From positions 2,486-45,843 of the forward strand of contig DKGK01000079.1 of assembly GCA_002453265.1 (NCBI GenBank): a stretch of 43,358 nucleotides of DNA, given 5' to 3'. Source of the DNA: Flavobacteriales bacterium UBA6772. GTDB taxonomy: Bacteria > Bacteroidota > Bacteroidia > Flavobacteriales > UBA7430. The notes under the pieces are model-generated. The model saw only the letters and a list, made by a program, of their open reading frames with translations, did not search any database and was not told the origin of the DNA. The translations under genes and the position numbers were made by a program. How positions within the stretch are numbered: the stretch's first letter is position 1; every line of letters begins with the position of its first letter. This document shows positions 26,753 through 34,347 of this stretch, one piece after another.

Positions 26753-29700
26753 TTAGTGAACTTGGAGTTTTTGAACTTCCGAATAAGTATTACTGTTCAA
26801 TTTAATAAAATACATCCCAGAACTGAGGCTTGTTACATTAAAAGAAACGGAGCTAAATCCTTTAGACATCCGTGAGCTTGAAATTATCATTACTTGCTCT
26901 CCAAGAGTGTTGTAAAGACTAATATTAATTTCAGCATCATCGGTTAAAGAAACATTTACAGTAGCCTTATCTGAACTTGGATTTGGATAAACAGTAAATG
27001 CGTTTTTAGATATTAAAATAGAAGTTGATTCTACCACTACAACACTATTGTTTACTAAAACTGATGAAGTTGTTTCAAAAGCAAGCTCTACTTCTTTATT
27101 TGTGTTCGCAGACCAATGGAATAAAGTAAAGTTAGAATTTACATCTGCTTCATTAATCCAAATGGTTAAAGCCATTGTTTGATTGTTAAATACTGAAGTA
27201 GCAATTACTTCGTTATTTTGATTTTTAACAGCAAGCTCATCTCCAACTACAAAATTATTTAACACGTTCACAGGAACTGCTATATTCATACTAAACTCCA
27301 TTGATTTTGGACTTGAGTAATATTTATTTGGTAATTGTGAACTTGTTCTTAATTGCGGTAATGTAATATCGTTTCCAGGAAAATTAAACGTTCTGGTACT
27401 ATTCATACGAACTTGATAACCTTTTCCAGGCTCCATATTCCCTATGGTATTTACATTAAATTCTGGCCAAAAAACATTTCCTATACCATCTTTAATTAAA
27501 AGAATGTCCTCGTCTATAGATTCCATAACTACACTAATATCTGCAGCTTCTTTACGTAAATAACCTAAATAGCTCCAACCTTCGTTTAATGTTAAAGTAA
27601 AGTTAGCTGGATTGGCAACCGCACCTCTAACTTGAAGTACAGCATCTGCATTCATTTTAACCTTATAAGCTTTCCCAACGATATGATCTCCAATATTATT
27701 AAGATTATAAGCTGGCCAGTAAACACTACCAATTTCATCTTTGGCTAAAAACAAATCATCTACTACAGGAGCAAAAACAGCTCCCATATTTGGGGAATCT
27801 GGAATAATGTAAGTAGAAATTAAATTCCAACCTTCCAACATTTCTAAATCGTGAGACATTGTATTAGATAGTGCTGTAATTCCACTAATTCCATCTGTGA
27901 CATAATTACCCATATTAGGCAGGGATCCATCGTAATCTGCAAGAGCTAACCTTACTTCATTAATAGAGGCTTTCCAGGTTTTCCAAACGAATTGCTCGCC
28001 ATTTTCAAAACCATTAAACATTCCAGGATCATTACCGTAAACAGTTAATGTATTTGTGATTCCTGTGTACTGCATCTTTCCTGCACAATAATACAGATCA
28101 TCATCTGCTAAATAGAAAACTCCAACATAATCTCCTACTTCTATAGGAGAATCGTTAATTGTGATATTTGCAGTTGATGGAATAAGCACAATGTGATTAT
28201 TTGAAGTTACTTCAACATCCCAGTTTGGCTCTGTAGGAACTGGGTACAAACAAGATTCATCATCGGTATTCGCCAATTCGTTATAATTTAATGCCTCTAT
28301 ATTGGTACAACCATAAACATAAGCAATACACGAATCGTCCTCAGAATTTGCTTCTTCGTTAAAATTCATCGCAGTTGCATCTGTACATCCGTAAACTACA
28401 CCAATACATGATCCATCATCAGAATTTGCTATTGAATTGTAATTGATTGCTTCAGTATTAATACAACCAAAAATTGGAGCAATACACGAACCATCATCTA
28501 GAATAGCGTCTGAATTATAATTATATGCTGTAATATCTGTACAACCAGGAATTATACCATCAACAACTACAGTTGCATTTGCAATAAAGCTTCCCATAAT
28601 TGTAGCAACCGTTAATGAAACTTCATATGTTCCGTTTTCTTCGTAGTAGTGCATAGGTTCTGAAGCTCCAGTATAATTAGTTCCGTCTCCCATATTCCAA
28701 TAATAGTTATTAGGATTTGGAATATTATTAATTATTGCCCAGAAGTGGTAATTAGATCCGGCTAATACTTCCCATTGAATAATTACAAGAGAAGTATAGT
28801 CACAAGAACCATCCTCAGAATTTGCACTAGGGTTAAAATTAAATGCCTCAGGATCCGTACAACCATTAATAAATGCAATACAAGAATTGTCTTCGATATT
28901 TGCAATAGGATTGTAATTTGAAGCTAAAGGATCGGTACAACCTTCAACAATACAAGAACCATCTTCGTTTGTAGCTTCTTCGTTAAAGTTTAATGCATCA
29001 GGATTGGTACAACCTGAAATTATACAAGAACCATTATCGGTATTCGCCACTTCATTAAAATTATCAGCTTCTAGGTTTGTACAACCAAAAGTTACAGGAA
29101 CACAAGAATCATCATCTATAGTTGCAGTTGGATCGTAATTAAAAGCAGTGATGTCTGTACAACCAGGAATTTCTGTTATACTTTCTTCTCCTGTTGTAAA
29201 ACTTAAAGTTTCACTAAAATCAGAATTTCCACACGGACTATTCGACATTACATTCCAAAAGTATTCTGTTTCTGCATCTAATAAAGAACCTAAAGAATAA
29301 GAAGGATTTTCTATATCTGTTAATGTTTGTACAATATTATCAAACTCTAAGTCTGTAGCAATTTGCAAAGTGTAAGAACTCGCGTTATCTGAAGCATTCC
29401 ATGTAAAAGTAGGTGTTAAGGAAACATCTACAAGTGCAGCTGTAGGGAAAGTTAAAGTTACTTCAGCAGGAATTCCTTCGAAAACAGTAATTGATACAAT
29501 TTGAAGATGTACAATATCGTCTGCCGTAGCAGTAATTTGGAAAGGATATACGCCTGCAGGAATAGGGAATGGAGAAGAAATTGTTAAAGTAGAATTATCG
29601 CCAGGACTTACATTTTCTGGATCGAAAGTTACAAGAATACCATCTGGTATATCTGCGATAGATAAATTAACTTGTGTAGCAAAATCTAAAATTGGCTCAA

Positions 29701-31762
29701 TTTCAATATCATATATTGCCATTTCACCAGAACATATACTTAAATCTTCTGGATTAACAGAAATAGAAAAGTTAGGTTCGGTTGGCTCAATAATTTCAAA
29801 AGTATTAGAAATATTAAAGAAAATATGATTGTTTCCTTTTACCTTAATTATTGTTTGACTTGATACTAAGTTTGGGCAAATAATTACTGCAGAACCATTA
29901 TTTTCGACATCTGTAGCCAACTCAATAAAAGTTAGACCATTATCTGTAGAAAGAAATATATCTACCAAATCACAACCTACGGGATCCGAATCGGTATTGG
30001 CTACATTCCACAGCACAGAATAATTATTTCCGTATTCCCAATCTTCTGTAATATTATTTACAGAAAATGCATCAGCCTCGTCTGTAACAGAAAATTGTAT
30101 TTGATCGTAGCTTACACCACCACCACCGGCATTATTATCTCTTACTGTTAAACGGAATTTCATATCTCTAGCGTAATTAGGGAGGTTTTCTGCTGAGGTA
30201 GAAGTCCCAGCAACAAGATCTAACATTCTAGGAAAAACACGAGTAGGAGACTCTTCTGGAGCCCACGATCTAAATAGAGGAGCATTTCCAGAAGCATTTG
30301 TTAAGTCATCAACAACATCACCTAAATCGTATTGTTCCCAACAATAAGTTAAAACGTTAGCTGTATTTGGATCTGTACCAACACCTGTTAATTCGAATGG
30401 TGTATTCATTGGAATTGTAAAATTAGCACCTGTAGGGTTTGCATTAGAAACAGGAATAGCATTTCCAGTTTCAATTTGTTCTGCACAATCAGTAGCTCCG
30501 CCTTCTCCATTGGTATGAGAAGTTATTTCGTCGAAAGAAGCAGTATGGTAATAATCATCTGAATTTTGTTGAACATTATTAATATCACAAATTCCTGCAT
30601 AAGCTAATATAGTTGTTCCAGATCCTGGTTCGTAAGCTGTAGATGGATTTCTATTTCCTCCACCACAATTCCCATTTCCACTATCACCATTAAAGGTATG
30701 ATTTGCACCAAATTGATGTCCCATCTCATGGGCTACATAATCAATATCAAAGGAATCTCCTATTGGAGCATTTGTACCAGTAACACCTTTAGCTTTAAAA
30801 TTAGAATTACACACACCAGGAGAAGCTAATCCACCAGCACCTGTAGAAAAGACGTGTCCAATATCATAATTTCCGTTCCCAATTAAAGCATCAATATTAT
30901 CTTGGTTTTCACCTAAAATTGCACCTGCATTAGAGTTTGAATAAGGGTCGGTTGTTGAATTTGTGTAAACAATTAAATCGTTGTTTCCAACTAAATTTAA
31001 TCTTACAGAAACCTCTCTGTCGAATACTAAATTAACTCTATCGAGTGTTACAACAATTGCAGCTAATGCTGCTACATCAGCAGCATCACCAGATTGATTT
31101 GCGTGAAACTGAGCATATTCTCCAGTACAAGCAATAGCAGCTCTATATACTCTAAGTACATCACCGGATTGTCCGCTTGCCATAGACTTAGCATTAGTCT
31201 GTGCAGTATTAATTACACATTCCGAATCTCTAACTTTTTGGTTGGTAGCATAAAAGTCTTCTTTAAAATACGAAATACAATACGCTGCATTATTTATACT
31301 ATAAGGATCGATGTACGAAGTTCCTGATGCAGCAATTATCATTGCATGAAAGCCATTATTACTAATTGTAATACGAGCTGTAGCAGTACCATCATCTAAT
31401 CCTTGAGCTAAATAAGAATGAATAGAAGGATATTTCGCAGCTAAATTTGCTGGCATAATACTAGAAGAAACAACAGCAAACTCTTGCATATCCCCTCCAG
31501 GCATTGGTAAACTAATAATTGTTGAGCTATTTCTTACATCTACCGAAAACTCTTTTGGAGCTTGGGCTAATAAATTTAAAGCTGCCTCTAAATCTATAGC
31601 ATAAGTTTGGTATGAAGATGGAATTGTATAACGTTCTGAGCTAACAGAAATGTTACTTTCTACTACTTCCTCCCAAATAGTTTGAGCACTTAAACTCAAA
31701 CTTGTTACGAATACAAACGATAAAAGCATGAGCTTTTTAATCAGCGTATATTTCTGTTGCAT
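26753..31762 (-). CDS. T9SS-sorted multidomain reprolysin-like (M12B-type) zinc metalloprotease
   Basis: 1,669 aa. Signal peptide (LSLSAQ). Zincin motif HEMGHQFGANH followed by EPGSGTTILAYAGIC, typical of reprolysin-like peptidases. FN3-like module (TFTWNASDNASSYTLQIATDLEF). Nine Cys-bracketed repeats, a PKD-like module and a duplicated ~75-aa module. C-terminal T9SS sorting domain (FTVYPNPSSDKATVNVSL...GMYFIKLNS...QKLQVH). Confidence 0.85.
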   Translation of the reverse strand: MQQKYTLIKKLMLLSFVFVTSLSLSAQTIWEEVVESNISVSSERYTIPSSYQTYAIDLEAALNLLAQAPKEFSVDVRNSSTIISLPMPGGDMQEFAVVSSSIMPANLAAKYPSIHSYLAQGLDDGTATARITISNNGFHAMIIAASGTSYIDPYSINNAAYCISYFKEDFYATNQKVRDSECVINTAQTNAKSMASGQSGDVLRVYRAAIACTGEYAQFHANQSGDAADVAALAAIVVTLDRVNLVFDREVSVRLNLVGNNDLIVYTNSTTDPYSNSNAGAILGENQDNIDALIGNGNYDIGHVFSTGAGGLASPGVCNSNFKAKGVTGTNAPIGDSFDIDYVAHEMGHQFGANHTFNGDSGNGNCGGGNRNPSTAYEPGSGTTILAYAGICDINNVQQNSDDYYHTASFDEITSHTNGEGGATDCAEQIETGNAIPVSNANPTGANFTIPMNTPFELTGVGTDPNTANVLTYCWEQYDLGDVVDDLTNASGNAPLFRSWAPEESPTRVFPRMLDLVAGTSTSAENLPNYARDMKFRLTVRDNNAGGGGVSYDQIQFSVTDEADAFSVNNITEDWEYGNNYSVLWNVANTDSDPVGCDLVDIFLSTDNGLTFIELATDVENNGSAVIICPNLVSSQTIIKVKGNNHIFFNISNTFEIIEPTEPNFSISVNPEDLSICSGEMAIYDIEIEPILDFATQVNLSIADIPDGILVTFDPENVSPGDNSTLTISSPFPIPAGVYPFQITATADDIVHLQIVSITVFEGIPAEVTLTFPTAALVDVSLTPTFTWNASDNASSYTLQIATDLEFDNIVQTLTDIENPSYSLGSLLDAETEYFWNVMSNSPCGNSDFSETLSFTTGEESITEIPGCTDITAFNYDPTATIDDDSCVPVTFGCTNLEADNFNEVANTDNGSCIISGCTNPDALNFNEEATNEDGSCIVEGCTDPLASNYNPIANIEDNSCIAFINGCTDPEAFNFNPSANSEDGSCDYTSLVIIQWEVLAGSNYHFWAIINNIPNPNNYYWNMGDGTNYTGASEPMHYYEENGTYEVSLTVATIMGSFIANATVVVDGIIPGCTDITAYNYNSDAILDDGSCIAPIFGCINTEAINYNSIANSDDGSCIGVVYGCTDATAMNFNEEANSEDDSCIAYVYGCTNIEALNYNELANTDDESCLYPVPTEPNWDVEVTSNNHIVLIPSTANITINDSPIEVGDYVGVFYLADDDLYYCAGKMQYTGITNTLTVYGNDPGMFNGFENGEQFVWKTWKASINEVRLALADYDGSLPNMGNYVTDGISGITALSNTMSHDLEMLEGWNLISTYIIPDSPNMGAVFAPVVDDLFLAKDEIGSVYWPAYNLNNIGDHIVGKAYKVKMNADAVLQVRGAVANPANFTLTLNEGWSYLGYLRKEAADISVVMESIDEDILLIKDGIGNVFWPEFNVNTIGNMEPGKGYQVRMNSTRTFNFPGNDITLPQLRTSSQLPNKYYSSPKSMEFSMNIAVPVNVLNNFVVGDELAVKNQNNEVIATSVFNNQTMALTIWINEADVNSNFTLFHWSANTNKEVELAFETTSSVLVNNSVVVVESTSILISKNAFTVYPNPSSDKATVNVSLTDDAEINISLYNTLGEQVMIISSSRMSKGFSSVSFNVTSLSSGMYFIKLNSNTYSEVQKLQVH
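26756..26998 (-). other. T9SS C-terminal sorting domain (type A CTD) of the metalloprotease
   Basis: The last 81 codons show the hallmarks of Por-secretion CTDs: a VYPNP start, alternating beta-strand pattern, and GMYFIKL near the end. Confidence 0.8.
27374..27847 (-). repeat. Tandem duplication of a ~75-aa protein module inside the metalloprotease gene
   Basis: Copy 1 (27623..27847) is LEMLEGWNLISTY...DDLFLAKDEIGSVYWPAYNLNNIGDHIVGKAYKVKMNADAVLQVRG. Copy 2 (27374..27595) is LTLNEGWSYLGYL...EDILLIKDGIGNVFWPEFNVNTIGNMEPGKGYQVRMNSTRTFNFPG. They align by eye over their full length. Confidence 0.7.
28250..28552 (-). repeat. Array 2 of cysteine-bracketed 21-aa repeats (4 units)
   Basis: The units are GCTDITAYNYNSDAILDDGSC, GCINTEAINYNSIANSDDGSC, GCTDATAMNFNEEANSEDDSC and GCTNIEALNYNELANTDDESC, separated by linkers of 5 residues. 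Confidence 0.9.
28553..28801 (-). other. PKD-like ~83-aa module separating the two Cys-repeat arrays
   Basis: Contains WNMGDGTNYTGASEPMHYYEENGTYEVSLTV, which matches the WDFGDG...H.Y...G.Y.V.L.V core of PKD domains. Confidence 0.55.
28802..29170 (-). repeat. Array 1 of cysteine-bracketed 21-aa repeats (5 units)
   Basis: The units are GCTDITAFNYDPTATIDDDSC, GCTNLEADNFNEVANTDNGSC, GCTNPDALNFNEEATNEDGSC, GCTDPLASNYNPIANIEDNSC and GCTDPEAFNFNPSANSEDGSC. The consensus is GCT[DN]xxAxN[FY]NxxAxxxDxSC with 3-5 residue linkers. Confidence 0.9.
30698..30730 (-). other. Catalytic zinc-binding motif HEMGHQFGANH (HExxHxxGxxH)
   Basis: I read it directly from the reverse complement: cat gag atg gga cat caa ttt ggt gca aat cat. 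The first His is residue 345. Confidence 0.9.
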
Positions 31763-31824
31763 AATGTGACTTTTAAAAAATTAAATTCTATAAAATACAA
31801 GGTGTGAAGTTACAAAACAAATGC

Positions 31825-31832
31825 CAAAAATA
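31825..31832 (-). promoter_or_regulatory. Candidate -7 promoter element (TATTTTTG on the minus strand) for the metalloprotease gene
   Basis: CAAAAATA on the plus strand is an exact TAnnTTTG match on the minus strand, 63 nt upstream of the ATG at 31762. Confidence 0.35.
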
Positions 31833-31861
31833 ATTGCTTTATATTTCCAAGCTAAATTTGA

Positions 31862-32992
31862 TTGACTATGAGTGGTACAAGCTATTGGGAAGAACAAACT
31901 TTTTTAAAAAACATAGACTATACAATTATCGGTAGCGGTATTGTGGGCCTTACTTGTGCTCTAGAATTGAGGCGTTTAAATCCAAATTCTAAAATTATAA
32001 TTCTCGAACGTGGGTTTCTTCCTACAGGAGCAAGTACTAAAAATGCAGGATTTACTTGTTTTGGTTCTCCTTCAGAATTATTAGATGATTTGAAAAACTC
32101 TAGTGAGGAGTCCGTTTTTAAACTAGTTGAAGATCGTGTAAAAGGACTTTCAAAGCTTAGGGCTTTGGTTGGGGACAAAACTATGGATTATAGAGAATAT
32201 GGTAGTTATGAACTTTTTGAAGATGCAAACTTATACGATGAGTGTATTGCTAATATTAACTATCTAAACAAACAACTGCATTCTACTTTTAATGCAAATA
32301 CCTTTAATGTCTTTACTAAACCTACCGAATTTGGATTTGACATTAATAGTTTACTTATAAAAAACAACTTTGAAGGACAGATAAATACTGGTTTAATGAT
32401 GCAGAAGTTATTAGAACTAGTGCAGCAAGCAAATATTCAAATCCTAAATGGCTTTGAAGTGCTAAACTTTTACACAAGTAAGAATCAGTGGATGATTGAA
32501 GGAGGTCAGGCTACTTTAAAATCTAACAAGCTAATTTTATGTAATAATGCATTTGCAAAACAATTTTTTCCTGAATTCGATTTAAAACCTGCACGAGCTC
32601 AAGTATTAATTACCAAACCTATCGAGAACCTAAAAATTAAAGGTTGCTTCCATATGGATGAAGGTTATTATTATTTTAGAAATGTAGGAAATAGAGTTTT
32701 GTTTGGTGGAGGCAGAAACTTAGATTTCGATGCCGAGGAAACTTTTGAGATGTACACTTCTGAGAAAATTCAAAATCAATTATTGCACTTGTTAAAAACG
32801 AAAATCCTACCCAATCAATCTTTTGAAGTTGATCAAACTTGGGCTGGAATTATGGGTGTTGGTTCAAGTAAATCGACACATATAAAACAACTAAAAGAAG
32901 GGCTTTTTTGTGCCGTTCGTCTAGGTGGAATGGGCGTAGCCTTAGGGACAAAAGTTGGGCAAGAAGTTGCCCAACTTTCTAGTAAAAAATAG
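31862..32992 (+). CDS. FAD-dependent oxidoreductase (DAO / glycine-D-amino-acid oxidase-like family)
   Basis: 376 aa. N-terminal dinucleotide-binding motif (IIGSGIVGLTCALEL) and overall DAO-family layout. The start is either TTG 31862 or, more likely, ATG 31868. A TAAATTTG motif at 31853..31860 would then imply a near-leaderless transcript. Confidence 0.75.
   Translation: MTMSGTSYWEEQTFLKNIDYTIIGSGIVGLTCALELRRLNPNSKIIILERGFLPTGASTKNAGFTCFGSPSELLDDLKNSSEESVFKLVEDRVKGLSKLRALVGDKTMDYREYGSYELFEDANLYDECIANINYLNKQLHSTFNANTFNVFTKPTEFGFDINSLLIKNNFEGQINTGLMMQKLLELVQQANIQILNGFEVLNFYTSKNQWMIEGGQATLKSNKLILCNNAFAKQFFPEFDLKPARAQVLITKPIENLKIKGCFHMDEGYYYFRNVGNRVLFGGGRNLDFDAEETFEMYTSEKIQNQLLHLLKTKILPNQSFEVDQTWAGIMGVGSSKSTHIKQLKEGLFCAVRLGGMGVALGTKVGQEVAQLSSKK
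32951..32978 (+). terminator. Perfect 12-bp hairpin inside the last 14 codons of the oxidoreductase gene (possible terminator or 3' stabiliser)
   Basis: AAAGTTGGGCAA-GAAG-TTGCCCAACTTT. The stem ends 12 nt before the TAG stop. There is no long T-tract beyond the three T that form part of the stem. Confidence 0.3.
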
Positions 32993-33258
32993 CATGTCAT
33001 TTTGTCAAACCCAAAAACCAATCAAGCATAAAACGCTTAACTGACATTTTGTCAAACACTAAATGTATAGGAATGTTTGAATGAAAATATTTAAAGTTAA
33101 GTTATTGTTAATTAATAATACAATTACCTATTATTCAGGAATATATATTAATTAATTAAACCTATAATTTAACATTATTATAACATTAATCACACTTGTA
33201 TAATTATGTGTTAGCAGATAATAACTGAAATTTACCACAGTATTTAAATAAAGTATTA

Positions 33259-33266
33259 TACATTTG
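33259..33266 (+). promoter_or_regulatory. Candidate -7 promoter element (TACATTTG) for the AI-2E transporter gene
   Basis: Exact TAnnTTTG match. The final G lies 26 nt before the ATG at 33292. Confidence 0.4.
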
Positions 33267-33291
33267 AAGAACACTATATAATTAAAGGATA

Positions 33292-34347
33292 ATGCAAGAA
33301 AAATCTATTCGTAACCTACTTATATTGGCAATTATCAGCTACCTTATTTACACATTAAAAAATGTATTAAGTCCATTTTTAATAGCCTTATTTATTGCCT
33401 ATTTAGTAAATCCTCTTATTACATTTATTCAAGAAAAATTAAGGGTAAAGAGAAGAGGTCTAGCGATAGCAATAGGACTCTCATTTTCTAGTTTAGTTAT
33501 TGCAGGAATTACTTTGGTAAGCCTTCCAGTAGTAAATAATGAGTTTCGCAATGCGGCAACATTATTAAAAGAATATGCAGATATCATCCCTCCTATTCCA
33601 TCTGAATTCCAAGATCAAGTAAACCAGTTTTTACACTCTGATCTAGCAATGGATTTTATTAATAGTAGCACCATTTCAGAAACAGTAAACAAGATTGCAC
33701 CTATTATAAAAACACTCTTCAACGAATCTCTAGATTTAATAATGGGTGTTTTTGGTATTTTCTTCATTTTAATTTATCTCGTATTTATCCTTCAGGGGTA
33801 TCCAATGCTAAGTAAAACGTGGATAAATTGGATTCCCTTAAGATTTAGAGCTCAAGCAAATGGAATAAGTAGCGATTTAAACGAAGGAATGCGTGCTTAT
33901 TTTAGAGGGCAAGCGACCATTGCTATAATTGTTGGTGTTTTATTCTGTTTAGGATTCAGTATAATAGGGCTTCCATTAGCAATTTTAATGGGAATACTAA
34001 TTGGACTACTCAACCTAGTCCCTTATTTACAAATACTTGGATTTATCCCTGCATTTCTACTTTGCATTCTTCAAAGCATGGAAACAGGGCAGAGTTTATG
34101 GACAACTATTGGTGCGGCTTCTTTGGTGTTCTTTATTATTCAGTTAATACAGGAAAGCATTTTAATTCCTAAAATCATGAATAAAGTTACAGGACTACAT
34201 CCTGCTATTATTTTACTGTCGCTTTCGGTTTGGGGTAGTTTATTAGGAATAACAGGACTTATACTTGCACTTCCTATAAGCACTTTACTTTTATCGTATT
34301 ACAAAAGATTTGTGAGTAGTAAAACTAAGCACTCGACTATTGAATAG
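33292..34347 (+). CDS. AI-2E family transporter (PerM/YhhT-like permease)
   Basis: 351 aa polytopic membrane protein with the AI-2E/UPF0118 layout: two N-terminal TMs, a soluble loop, then a cluster of TMs with LNLVPYLG-like and GLLGxxLAxP-like blocks (LLNLVPYLQILG, SLLGITGLILALPI). Confidence 0.8.
   Translation: MQEKSIRNLLILAIISYLIYTLKNVLSPFLIALFIAYLVNPLITFIQEKLRVKRRGLAIAIGLSFSSLVIAGITLVSLPVVNNEFRNAATLLKEYADIIPPIPSEFQDQVNQFLHSDLAMDFINSSTISETVNKIAPIIKTLFNESLDLIMGVFGIFFILIYLVFILQGYPMLSKTWINWIPLRFRAQANGISSDLNEGMRAYFRGQATIAIIVGVLFCLGFSIIGLPLAILMGILIGLLNLVPYLQILGFIPAFLLCILQSMETGQSLWTTIGAASLVFFIIQLIQESILIPKIMNKVTGLHPAIILLSLSVWGSLLGITGLILALPISTLLLSYYKRFVSSKTKHSTIE

Noticed and set aside
33197-33204. 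TGTATAAT, an exact match to the proteobacterial extended -10 consensus, in the AT-rich spacer.
   Set aside because: The Bacteroidota primary sigma factor does not use the TATAAT/TTGACA architecture. Such strings are expected by chance in DNA this AT-rich. The TACATTTG motif nearer the start codon is the better promoter candidate.
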